From assembly GCA_047601445.1 (NCBI GenBank), contig JASGJH010000001.1, positions 4,736,001-4,800,000 on the forward strand: DNA of 64,000 nucleotides. Reading direction: 5' to 3'. The notes below the pieces were generated by a model. It did not search any database, was not told the origin of the DNA, and saw nothing but the letters and a program-made list of their open reading frames with translations. The position numbers and the translations under genes are program-made. Positions 30,906 through 39,835 of this stretch are shown here, in pieces (positions within the stretch are counted from its first letter, which is position 1; every line of letters starts with the position of its first letter). The stretch is from Myxococcales bacterium (lineage in GTDB: Bacteria > Myxococcota_A > Polyangia > Polyangiales > DASUME01).

Positions 30906-32345
30906 GTGCCGATCCCACATACGCTCTTCGGCGGGAAGTACCGGACCGTGCGCCCGCTCGGCGAAGGCGGCATGGGCACCGTCTTCGAAGTCGAGAACGT
31001 GCTGACCCAGAAGCGCGCGGCCATCAAGTGGCTCCACCCTCGCTTCCAGTCCGGCCCCGACTCCGTGCGACGCATGCTGCGCGAGGCCCGCGCCATGGCG
31101 CGCATTCGGCACCAGAACGTGGTCGACGTCTACGACGTGCTGCTCGAGGACAACGACATCTGCCTGGTGATGGAGCTCTTGCAAGGAGAGCTGCTGTCGG
31201 AGCGCCTGGCCCGGGCCTCCGTCTCGATGGCCAACCTGCTCGCGCTGCTCTTGCCCGCCATGCGTGGGGTCGCGGCGGCCCATGCCGTGGGCGTGGTGCA
31301 TCGGGACATCAAGCCCGAGAACATCTTTTTGGTACGTGAAAACGACCAGTCTCAACCGACTCCCAAGGTGATCGACTTCGGAATCTCCAAGGTGTTCAAC
31401 GGCGAAGAGGACCCCTCGACCTGCTCGGGCGTCACCATGGGTACCCCGCGCTATGTGTCCTACGAGCAGCTGCGCGGCCTGCGCGACGTCGACGGACGCA
31501 CCGATACCTACGCGTTCGGCGTCATCTTGTTCGAGGCGCTCACGGGACGTGCTCCCTATCAGGCCGATACCCTCGGGCAACAGGCCATCCAGTTCGTCAC
31601 GTCGGTGCCCCCCACCGTCCGCTCCTTGCGCCCCGAGGTGCCGGAGGCCCTGGCCAGCAGCGTGGAGCGCGCCATCTCGCGGGATCGAGATCAGCGCTCC
31701 GACAGCCTGGGGCAGCTGGTGGAAGAGCTCACGCCGTTCATGGACACGGCCTCCTACCCGCAGGCATTGAACGCGTTCCCACCGGTTCCCGTGCCACAGC
31801 CGGTAGGCGGACACCCGTTGGCCATGGCCTGGGAGACCACCTCCGAAGCCAGCGGCCTTCGCTTTCCTCGCACCCACCCTGCCCCCAGCGTGCGCAGCCC
31901 GGGAAACCGCCGGCTGGGCATCGTGGCCTCGGTGTTGCTGGTGGCCGGCCTGGCGGCGACGCTGCTCATGGGGCGCGCGCGAACCCACGCCGATCGAGCC
32001 GAGGCCAAGCGCCCCGTTGTCGCTGCAAGCCCGAAGCCGATGGCCGCAGCCACGCCAACCGTCTTGCCCGACATCGCGCCCGCGCCGGCCCTGTCCGTGG
32101 AGATCCCAGAGCTGGCTCCCTCGGAGCCCACGCCCTCCCTCGTGACCGGTCCACTCGCACTCCCGGGGCCGACCGACGATTCCGCGCCCCGTCCACCGCG
32201 CGCACGTCGCGGCGCACCCGAGGCCGCGCTCGAACGTGAGCTCGCGACGGGCGCGTCCGCAGCCGCGCCGGTTGCTGCCGAGCCCGCCACTTTGCCCGAG
32301 CCCGTGACGGCGCGCTCGGGGCGCCTTTCCCGCAGCGAGTTTTGA
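30906..32345 (+). CDS. Membrane-anchored Hanks-type Ser/Thr protein kinase
   Basis: LGEGGMGTV, AIK, HRDIKPEN, DFG, GTPRY, TM helix, Pro-rich tail. Confidence 0.95.
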   Translation: MPIPHTLFGGKYRTVRPLGEGGMGTVFEVENVLTQKRAAIKWLHPRFQSGPDSVRRMLREARAMARIRHQNVVDVYDVLLEDNDICLVMELLQGELLSERLARASVSMANLLALLLPAMRGVAAAHAVGVVHRDIKPENIFLVRENDQSQPTPKVIDFGISKVFNGEEDPSTCSGVTMGTPRYVSYEQLRGLRDVDGRTDTYAFGVILFEALTGRAPYQADTLGQQAIQFVTSVPPTVRSLRPEVPEALASSVERAISRDRDQRSDSLGQLVEELTPFMDTASYPQALNAFPPVPVPQPVGGHPLAMAWETTSEASGLRFPRTHPAPSVRSPGNRRLGIVASVLLVAGLAATLLMGRARTHADRAEAKRPVVAASPKPMAAATPTVLPDIAPAPALSVEIPELAPSEPTPSLVTGPLALPGPTDDSAPRPPRARRGAPEAALERELATGASAAAPVAAEPATLPEPVTARSGRLSRSEF

Positions 32346-32425
32346 CGCCATCGAGCCAGCCCCTGCGAATCAATCATCCCAGTTCCCGTGTTCATTCATC
32401 AGTTCAATCTCGCGGAGCCGACAAC

Positions 32426-33340
32426 ATGTCGCTGATCGTTACGGCCGAAGACAGCCACACCGAATCCCTCGTGTTGGGGCTGTCGACTTTGCTCTTCCTC
32501 CTCGCGTTACAGCTCGCGCTCTCGGGTCTGACGCGCGCTCAGGAACCCGCGACACAGGCACCCGCTAGCGCAGGAGTCGCGGCCGAGGCCACGTCAGCGG
32601 GCTCGTCGGCCGGGCCGGGCGCAGCCGAAGCCGACGCCCCCGGCAGCGTGTATTCGCGCGCCATCGACGCAGCCCTGATGGAGTACGAGCGCGGCAACTT
32701 CGAGGAAGCGCGCGAGCACCTGCGCGCTGCGCACGAGGCCTACCCCAATGCGCGCACCTACCGCGGACTCGGCAAAGCCGAGTTCGAGCTACGCAACTAC
32801 GGCGAGTCCGTGAAGATGCTGGAAGCCGCGCTGACGTCCCAGGTGAAGCCACTCGACGCAACGCTGCGCGCCGAGGTCGAGGCGATCCTTGCGCGTGCCC
32901 GCGCCTACGTGGGCGAGGTTCACGTCAACGTCGAGCCCGGTACGGCCACCGTGAGCGTGGACGGCGTCCTGATGGCGAGCGGCCCCGACGCGGCTCTCGC
33001 CCTGGTGGTCGGCGATCACGTGCTCGAGTTCCGTGCATCGGGCCATCTGCCCGAGCGACGCGCCATCCGCGTGAAAGGCGGCGAGAGCATGACGGTGCGC
33101 GTGGTGTTGCCTTCGCCCAACGACTCTGGCGACGGACACCAAACCATCGTGGCGCTCCAGCCGCAGGCCTCCCCGCTGGTCGACACCGCCACCCGCAAGC
33201 GACGCTGGGTCTGGGCCAGCGTCGGCACGTTGCTCGTTGGCGGCATCGTCACCGGTGCAGTGCTCGCCGCACGCTCTGGTCACCGCGGGAATGGTGACGT
33301 GAGCGGAGGCACCACCGGCGTGGTGATCGAGAACCCGTGA
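32426..33340 (+). CDS. TPR + PEGA domain protein
   Basis: TPR-like helices (YERGNFEEA), VEPGTATVSVDG...GDHVLEF PEGA segment, WVW TM tail; follows the kinase. Confidence 0.8.
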   Translation: MSLIVTAEDSHTESLVLGLSTLLFLLALQLALSGLTRAQEPATQAPASAGVAAEATSAGSSAGPGAAEADAPGSVYSRAIDAALMEYERGNFEEAREHLRAAHEAYPNARTYRGLGKAEFELRNYGESVKMLEAALTSQVKPLDATLRAEVEAILARARAYVGEVHVNVEPGTATVSVDGVLMASGPDAALALVVGDHVLEFRASGHLPERRAIRVKGGESMTVRVVLPSPNDSGDGHQTIVALQPQASPLVDTATRKRRWVWASVGTLLVGGIVTGAVLAARSGHRGNGDVSGGTTGVVIENP

Positions 33341-33364
33341 AGGCTTGAGAGCCGGCTCAGCTCT

Positions 33365-34285
33365 CTAGTAGCGCGCAAGCTCGGGATCGACCTCGAGCGC
33401 GTATCCGTCGATGCCACCCGCCACGTTGAAGACGTGCTTGAAGCCCTGGCGCAGGTAGTGCTCCGCCGCCTGCTGGCTGCGGCCGCCGTGGTGACAGTGG
33501 AAGTAGATGGGCGTGTCTTTGTCGAGCTTGGCGAGCTTTTCCTGGGCCGCCTTGTCGAAGTGCTGAGCCTGCTCGAGCTTGACGATGTTACGCTCCTCGT
33601 TGCTGCGCACGTCGAACAGCTCGAAGGACTTGCCGGCGTCGATCAGAGCCTTGAGATCCCTGGGCCCGATCTGCTTCACGCGCGGCGGCTCGTTGGGGTT
33701 GTCGATCTTGAAGCCCCCGCCGTCGGCGGCCAGGAAATCGATGCGCAAACCGTCGGCGCGTAGCGCGCTCTGGCGGTCAAACACCAGAGTCAGTCCACCG
33801 GCGTCCACCTTGATGTCACCCTCGTTGGGCTCATCCACCGACAGCGCGTACTCGAACTGCGGAGAGATCTCGATGCGCAACGCCGCCACGGCCTCGCCTT
33901 CGCCGGCCTCGAGCACCGCTCGCTTGGCGGCCTCCGTGACGGTCACCGTGGGCGCCTTGACCTCGGGTTTGGCGGTGCCGAGCACGTCGTAAATCTCACC
34001 GCTGGCGAACAGCTCCTTCACGATGTCCGCGCCGCCCACAAACTGCCCTTTGACGTAAAGCTGCGGGAACGTGGGCCAGCTGGTGTACTCCTTCATGCCT
34101 TCGCGCAGATCCGCACGGGCCAGGATGTTCACGTCCTTGAGCTCGCGGACCCCCGCTTCCTTGAGGATGTTCACCACGGTGGCCGAGAACCCGCACTGCG
34201 GGAAGCTCTTGGTGCCCTTCATGAAAAGGAGCACGGGGTGCTTCTGGACCAGCTCCTCGATCTCAGCCTTCAGCTGCGCATCCAT
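33365..34285 (-). CDS. grxD: Monothiol glutaredoxin (Grx4) fused to a HesB/IscA-like domain and rhodanese
   Basis: LFMKG..PQCGFS, WPTFPQLY, GGADI; TVTEAA..FKIDNPN; FDVR..CHHGGRS..GGIDGY. Confidence 0.88.
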   Translation of the reverse strand: MDAQLKAEIEELVQKHPVLLFMKGTKSFPQCGFSATVVNILKEAGVRELKDVNILARADLREGMKEYTSWPTFPQLYVKGQFVGGADIVKELFASGEIYDVLGTAKPEVKAPTVTVTEAAKRAVLEAGEGEAVAALRIEISPQFEYALSVDEPNEGDIKVDAGGLTLVFDRQSALRADGLRIDFLAADGGGFKIDNPNEPPRVKQIGPRDLKALIDAGKSFELFDVRSNEERNIVKLEQAQHFDKAAQEKLAKLDKDTPIYFHCHHGGRSQQAAEHYLRQGFKHVFNVAGGIDGYALEVDPELARY

Positions 34286-34584
34286 CGTCTCTTAACTCCT
34301 GCCGTCTCGCCGGGTTCGCGCGGACAGCAACAGCGTAAGGTCGCGAGGCGAGGCGTGCCAGCCAAAGGGGCTGGCGAACGCGGCCGACAGGCTTGGCTCA
34401 CGGGCCCACCGGGCCGAGCGCCGGGCCCGAACGCCCGTGATGGGCCACCCGGCCAGGAGCGGAGGGTAAGGCGCGTGACACGCGGGGGAGGCCGCCGGCA
34501 GCGTGGGGCCGGGGCCGCTTCCCCCGCCCCGTAAGGAACTTTCGGACTCGGCCCCCACGAGGCCAGGCGAAGCGGTGCCAGGAC

Positions 34585-35493
34585 TCACAGCCAGTGTTTG
34601 CGCCGGAACCAGCGCCAGATGGCAAAGGAAATCGCCACCAACGCCAACCAGAACACCGGATAGCTGTAGCGCCAGTGGAGCTCGGGCATCTCGCGGAAGT
34701 TCATGCCGTAGACCCCCACGATGAACGTGAGGGGCAGGAAGAACACCGAGTAGAGCGCCAGCGTCCGCATCACGTCGTTGGTGTCGTTGGCCGAAAGCGA
34801 GAGCTGCACCGCCAACAGGTTGCGCAGATCCTCGAGCAGGTTGTCCGCGAAGAACAGCAAGCTCTCCACGTGTTCGCGCAGGTCCTGGCACAGCGGCTGA
34901 TTGCGGTCGGAGCGCGGCACGAAGCGCTGCACGGCATTGTGCGTATGCCAGAGCATGCGCTTGATCACGGTGAGCCGAGTCTGCGTGCGAAAGATGGCAT
35001 CCCAGTGAGCGCTGTCGCGCTGGTCGGTCAGGATGGAGGCCTCGAAGGCGTGGATCTGATCTTCGATGGTCTCGAGTGGCTCGTGATAGGTCTCGACGGC
35101 GCTCATCAACACCTCGAGCATGCTGGTCAACAGGTACACGGGCCCTGGAGCATAGCGATACTTGCGCAGGATGGGCTCCATGAACGCGAGATCCTCGCGG
35201 TGCACGGTGATCAGGAAGCGATTGCCCAAGAACAGCGCCACCTTTTGCGTCAGGGCGTGCACGTCGCTGTCCAGCACGCTCGCGCGCGAGTTGAAGGCGC
35301 GCACGATCAGAAAGGTGGTATCGCCCGACTGCTCGTGCTTCGGCAGATGCTGCGGCTCGAGGCAGTCCTTCACCAGCGTGGAATGCAGGTGATATCTGCG
35401 CGAGAGCGTCTCGAACTCATCGGCCGTCGGATCGACCAGGTCGAGCCACACCGGAACCGGCGGCTCACCTTCCACGCGAATCTGGTTGATCAT
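34585..35493 (-). CDS. corA: CorA family divalent cation transporter
   Basis: WLDLVDP, FLPLTFIVGVYGMNF..MPEL; two C-terminal TM helices; start 35493 (GGAGAG) or 35523. Confidence 0.92.
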   Translation of the reverse strand: MINQIRVEGEPPVPVWLDLVDPTADEFETLSRRYHLHSTLVKDCLEPQHLPKHEQSGDTTFLIVRAFNSRASVLDSDVHALTQKVALFLGNRFLITVHREDLAFMEPILRKYRYAPGPVYLLTSMLEVLMSAVETYHEPLETIEDQIHAFEASILTDQRDSAHWDAIFRTQTRLTVIKRMLWHTHNAVQRFVPRSDRNQPLCQDLREHVESLLFFADNLLEDLRNLLAVQLSLSANDTNDVMRTLALYSVFFLPLTFIVGVYGMNFREMPELHWRYSYPVFWLALVAISFAIWRWFRRKHWL

Positions 35494-35545
35494 CTCTCCG
35501 AGCCTGCTCCTCTCGTGTGCCACGCGCCACTCATGAGGCGCTCAC

Positions 35546-35807
35546 GTGCCCCGCGCGCTGCCCGGAAGCACGGGCCACCGCCTGCTGGCGCAAATCGCGC
35601 CCATGAGGCGCTTGTTCGCGGTGGGGTCGGTCGGTCATGGGGGCGCTTCTGGTCTTGGTGCGCAAGGCGCGCGCAAGAGCGCGCGCAGCTCAGTCTCCGT
35701 CGCTTCGTTCACTGACAGGGTCCACCGGTTGAGCTTCGCTTCCGATCGAGGGCGCGAAAGATTGCGCGCAGGCGGTGGCCCGTGCTTTCAGGCAGCACGC
35801 GGGGCAC
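35546..35807 (-). repeat. Structured element copy A upstream of corA (40-bp closing stem plus ~165-nt core)
   Basis: 35546-35585 pairs with 35768-35807 (3 mismatches); core matches the reverse complement of 36073-36237. Confidence 0.85.
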
Positions 35808-36032
35808 TGTGTGCACTCCGGAGCACGAGCGTTCTCGAGTGTTCTTGGCCCGGATCGTCTCGAATGTTCTCTCGAATCAAGGTGGCCCCAAGCCCCAGTG
35901 GCCTCGAGGGTGCTCGCGCGACCACTGGGTCCACTCAAGCGAGCCTCACTCGAGCTCCCGAGCAACCCGTGCTCACATGAGCCCTCGAACACCACGAGAG
36001 CCCGCGTGAGTCCCGTCGTATTCGAGGGGGTT

Positions 36033-36282
36033 CGGCGGGCGAGTCGGTGGCGGGCGGTTCCCTCTGGCGCCGAGTCTTGGCGCGCTCCGACTCGAAGCAA
36101 AGCTCAACCGGTGAACCCCGTCAGCGGCCGATACGACGGAGACTGAGCCTGCGCGCTTCCTGCGCGCCTTGCGTACCAAGACCAGAGTCGACCCCATGAC
36201 CGTCCCCACCGCGCGGCGCACGATTCATGGCGCGACTCTCGGCCAGCCAGAGGGAACCCGACCGCCACCGACTCGCCCGCCG
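36033..36282 (+). repeat. Structured element copy B upstream of feoA (~40-bp closing stem plus the same core)
   Basis: 36033-36053 pairs perfectly with 36262-36282, and 36056-36068 with 36246-36258; core homologous to copy A. Confidence 0.85.
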
Positions 36283-36311
36283 GGACCCTTCTGGGCAGGG
36301 ACGGGACGCAC

Positions 36312-36566
36312 GTGGACGGACGGGCTATCACAGCGCTCGTGGCAGTTCGTCTGGCTCAGTATCCCCGCCATCAGGTCGCTCGTATCGTCAGTGTGGGAGG
36401 AGCGCGTCCGGTGCGGCGTCGGCTGCTCGAGCTGGGCCTGACGCCTGGGACCGAGGTCACGGTGGTGGGCGTGTCGCCGCTGGGTGACCCGCTCGAGCTG
36501 TCGGTGCGTGGCTCGCGCGTCTCCATCCGCAAGAAGGACGCCCTCGAGATCGAGGTGGACGCGTGA
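36312..36566 (+). CDS. feoA: Ferrous iron transport protein A
   Basis: RRRLLELGLTPGTEV..SPLGDPLEL; overlaps the feoB start. Confidence 0.92.
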   Translation: MDGRAITALVAVRLAQYPRHQVARIVSVGGARPVRRRLLELGLTPGTEVTVVGVSPLGDPLELSVRGSRVSIRKKDALEIEVDA

Positions 36567-38644
36567 GTGCCGCCACGCGCGTGGCCCTGGTGGGCAATCC
36601 CAACACGGGCAAGAGCACGCTCTTCAATCGACTCACGGGTGCCAATGCCCGCGTGGGTAACTATCCTGGGGTCACCGTGGAGCTCGAGCGCGGCTCGCTC
36701 GTGCTCGCCCCGGGCCGCACGGTCGAAGTCGTCGACGTACCGGGTTCCTACTCGCTCGTGGCGCGCAGCCGTGAGGAGCAGGTGGCCATCGAGTGCCTGC
36801 TGGGCCTGGACGGCCAGACCGCCCCGGATCTCGTGGTGTGCTGCGTCGATGCCACCAACCTTTCGCGCAATCTGTACTTCGTGCTGCAGGCGCAGGAGCT
36901 GGGGCTCAACCTCGTCGTGGCCCTGACCATGGTCGACGAAGCCGGCCCGCTGGCCCCCGAGGCCTCCGAACTCTCGGACATCCTCGAGTGTCCGGTGGTG
37001 AGCGTGGTCGCGCGTACGGGTCAGGGGCTCGATGGGCTCAAGCGGGTCATGGCCGAAGCCCTCACGCGCAAGGTCACACCCAAGCTGCGTTTCGCGCCCA
37101 GCGCCACCCTGGCCAAGCAAATCGCCCAGGTGCGCGCCGCATGCCCCACCGGCCTTCAGACCGATGCCTTCGCGCTCTGGGCGCTGATGTCGGTGGCTCG
37201 CGATGACGAGCTTTCGCTGCCCGAGAACCTGCGAGCCGCCGTGCTCTCGGCGGTGCCCGACGACCAAGCCGGCAAGGCCCTCGACGACGAGGTCGTGAAC
37301 GCACGCTACGCGTTCATCGATCGCACCGTGTCGCCGCTCGTGACTCAACCGGTGAAGCGAACGCTCACCGAGCGCGTGGACGGCGTGCTGCTCCATCCGG
37401 TGTTCGGTTTCTTCGCCTTCCTGCTGATCTCCCTGTTGATCTTCCAGTCTCTCTTCAGCTGGGCCAACCCTGCCATCGAGCTCGTCGAGTGGCTGTTCGG
37501 CAAGCTGGGCGAAGGCGTGGGGCAGCTGCTCGGCGACAACGTGGTGAGCGAGCTGATCGTCGAGGGCATCGTGGGCGGCGCGGGCAGCGTGGTGGTGTTC
37601 CTGCCGCAGATTCTGCTGCTGTTCTTGTTCGTGGGGTTGATGGAGGACTCCGGCTACATGGCGCGCGTGGCCTACCTCATGGATCGCATCATGAAGGGCA
37701 TGGGGCTCCACGGGCGTGCCTTCGTGCCGATGCTCTCGGGCTTTGCCTGCGCCATCCCGGCCATCATGGCCACGCGCACCATGGAGCGACAGCGCGACCG
37801 CCTCCTGACCATGATGGTGGTGCCGCTGATGACCTGCTCGGCCCGCCTGCCGGTGTACACGCTGATCATCGGCGCGCTGTTCCCGGCTCAAATGCGCTGG
37901 CTCGGCATCCCGGTGCAGGGTGGCTTGATGATCGCCATGTATCTGTTTTCGGTGTGCATCGCGCTGCTCGCGGCCTGGGTGCTCTCCAAGACGGTGCTGC
38001 GCGCCGAGAGCGCCACGTTGATTCTCGAACTGCCTCCGTACCGCCTACCGCGCTTGCCGGATGTGCTGCGCATGGTGTGGCAGCGCGCCAAGGCGTTCCT
38101 CACGCAGGCCGGCACCATCATCCTCGGCTGCAGTGTGCTGCTATGGCTGCTGCTGAATTTCCCGCGGCCCAGCGCCGAACAGCTGGCGGGCCACACACCC
38201 ACCGAGCAGCACTCTATCGCGCTCGCCAACAGCTACGGCGGCAGGCTCGGTCACACCATCGAACCCGTCATCGCTCCGCTCGGCTTCGACTGGAAGATCG
38301 GCGTGGGCATTATCGGCGCCTTCGCCGCGCGCGAGGTCTTCGTGGCCACCATGGGCGTGGTCTACAGCGCCGGCGACGACGTGGACGAGGAGAACCAGAC
38401 GTTGCGGGAGAAGCTGCGCGAGGAGCGCACGCCGGACGGCCAGACCGCCTACACCCCGTTGGTGGGCCTGTCCTTGATGATCTTCTTCGCCCTGGCCTGC
38501 CAGTGCATGAGCACACTCGCGGTGGTGAAGCGCGAGACCCACAGCTATCGCTGGCCCGCGTTCCTCTTCGTGTACATGACCGTGCTCGCCTGGTGCACGA
38601 GCTTCGCGGTCTACCAGGGCGGACGCCTACTCGGCCTGGGTTGA
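36563..38644 (+). CDS. feoB: Ferrous iron transport protein B
   Basis: GNPNTGKST, VGNYPGVTVE, DVPGSYSL, EDSGYMAR, MTCSARLPVY, PLGFDWK. Confidence 0.96.
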   Translation: MSAATRVALVGNPNTGKSTLFNRLTGANARVGNYPGVTVELERGSLVLAPGRTVEVVDVPGSYSLVARSREEQVAIECLLGLDGQTAPDLVVCCVDATNLSRNLYFVLQAQELGLNLVVALTMVDEAGPLAPEASELSDILECPVVSVVARTGQGLDGLKRVMAEALTRKVTPKLRFAPSATLAKQIAQVRAACPTGLQTDAFALWALMSVARDDELSLPENLRAAVLSAVPDDQAGKALDDEVVNARYAFIDRTVSPLVTQPVKRTLTERVDGVLLHPVFGFFAFLLISLLIFQSLFSWANPAIELVEWLFGKLGEGVGQLLGDNVVSELIVEGIVGGAGSVVVFLPQILLLFLFVGLMEDSGYMARVAYLMDRIMKGMGLHGRAFVPMLSGFACAIPAIMATRTMERQRDRLLTMMVVPLMTCSARLPVYTLIIGALFPAQMRWLGIPVQGGLMIAMYLFSVCIALLAAWVLSKTVLRAESATLILELPPYRLPRLPDVLRMVWQRAKAFLTQAGTIILGCSVLLWLLLNFPRPSAEQLAGHTPTEQHSIALANSYGGRLGHTIEPVIAPLGFDWKIGVGIIGAFAAREVFVATMGVVYSAGDDVDEENQTLREKLREERTPDGQTAYTPLVGLSLMIFFALACQCMSTLAVVKRETHSYRWPAFLFVYMTVLAWCTSFAVYQGGRLLGLG

Positions 38645-38648
38645 TCAC

Positions 38649-38712
38649 CCGCGTGCTCGTGCTCGGTCGCAACCAGGACGAAGATGGCGCTGGATCGAGC
38701 ACGAGCACGCGG
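38649..38712. repeat. Palindromic REP-like hairpin between convergent genes
   Basis: ccgcgtgctcgtgctcggtc / gatcgagcacgagcacgcgg arms, 19 of 20 complementary. Confidence 0.75.
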
Positions 38713-38749
38713 TCGGGCGTGTGCCCACCGGAGCTCCCCTAGCTGCTCT

Positions 38750-39688
38750 TCACTTGCAGCGGTCAGCAGGCGCGCAGATGCCGTTGTCTTGCTTGCTGCC
38801 GTCGGCGTTGGTGAACAGCACGCAGCAACCGGTGGCGGTGCATTCGCCGTTGTTGTGGCAGGGGATCTGGCAGCCGTTCAGACCGATGTCCTGGGCGCTC
38901 TGCGCGCAGACCAGGCCCATGCAGCACGGGTTGCGATTGGTGTCGCACTCCTCGTCGAGCCGTCGACACGCGTTTTGGCAGCTCTCGAAGGTGGTGCCGC
39001 AGAAGGGCTTGGCGACGCGATCGTTGTCAGCGCAACAGTTGCTCGAGCAGTTGTCGTCGGTGGTACAGGGCTTCATGCAGATGCCCAGGTACTTTTTCCC
39101 GTCGGGGGCCGTGCCCTGCATGCATTCGAGTCCCTCGCAGCAGCCGTCGGGGCGCCCATCACAGACGCTCTCCTCGAGCAAACACGCGGTGCTCGCGTTG
39201 GGGAGCAGCGACGCGCACTGGTGCGCCTTTTCACGACCCTGACGGTCGAGGCAAACGCAGCCAAGCTCGTCTGGAGTCAGACACACGGCCTGCAGGCAAA
39301 TCGGCGCCTCTTGCGGGCATCCGTTGAGGCGGCAGTCGTCCACGTTCTGGTAGCGTGGGTCCGGTAGGCACACACTGCCCTCACACGTGAGTCCGGGTCC
39401 GCATGGTTTTCCCGATTCGCATGTGTTACCCAGGTTACCGCATTGCTCGGCGGCCACGTATCCACCCGCCAGCATCTTGTCGTCGCCTGGATGGATGACC
39501 GCACCATCGGGACCGATGATCACCTCACCGGCATCGCTGTCGATGCCACTGCTGGTCGGGCTACAGCCCGCCCCCAGGAAGACGGCAGCCATCAGGCAGA
39601 TTGCGCTGGAAGGGCGCGGACTAGAGACGCGCGGAAGGGCGCGAGGAGGATTGGGAGCACGGTGACGATTGGCCGAACCAAAGTGCAT
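38750..39688 (-). CDS. Cys-rich repeat lipoprotein (true start probably downstream of 39688)
   Basis: GAGC lipobox, DAG linker, many C..C..CC.GL.C modules. Confidence 0.75.
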   Translation of the reverse strand: MHFGSANRHRAPNPPRALPRVSSPRPSSAICLMAAVFLGAGCSPTSSGIDSDAGEVIIGPDGAVIHPGDDKMLAGGYVAAEQCGNLGNTCESGKPCGPGLTCEGSVCLPDPRYQNVDDCRLNGCPQEAPICLQAVCLTPDELGCVCLDRQGREKAHQCASLLPNASTACLLEESVCDGRPDGCCEGLECMQGTAPDGKKYLGICMKPCTTDDNCSSNCCADNDRVAKPFCGTTFESCQNACRRLDEECDTNRNPCCMGLVCAQSAQDIGLNGCQIPCHNNGECTATGCCVLFTNADGSKQDNGICAPADRCK

Positions 39689-39835
39689 GGCGAGACTCTA
39701 CATCGGGCGCACGGAGCCGGAAAACCTTCTGTGGTCTCCAAGTGTGACCTGAGGCCACCTGCGATCGGGAGGGTTGAGGGTTCTCGTAGCCTTGGGCCGC
39801 GAAGTCGGCGACAAGGGAACGATAGGAGGTGCGCC

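Noticed and set aside
30213..32351. 712-aa ORF ending in a YciI domain, an apparent large fusion
   Set aside because: The upstream part is the antisense shadow of the kinase gene; the real gene starts at ATG 30563
36105..36150. gtgaaccccgtcag resembles the start of the SRP RNA conserved domain
   Set aside because: The following GGNCCGGAAGGNAGCAGC core is absent, so this is not ffs
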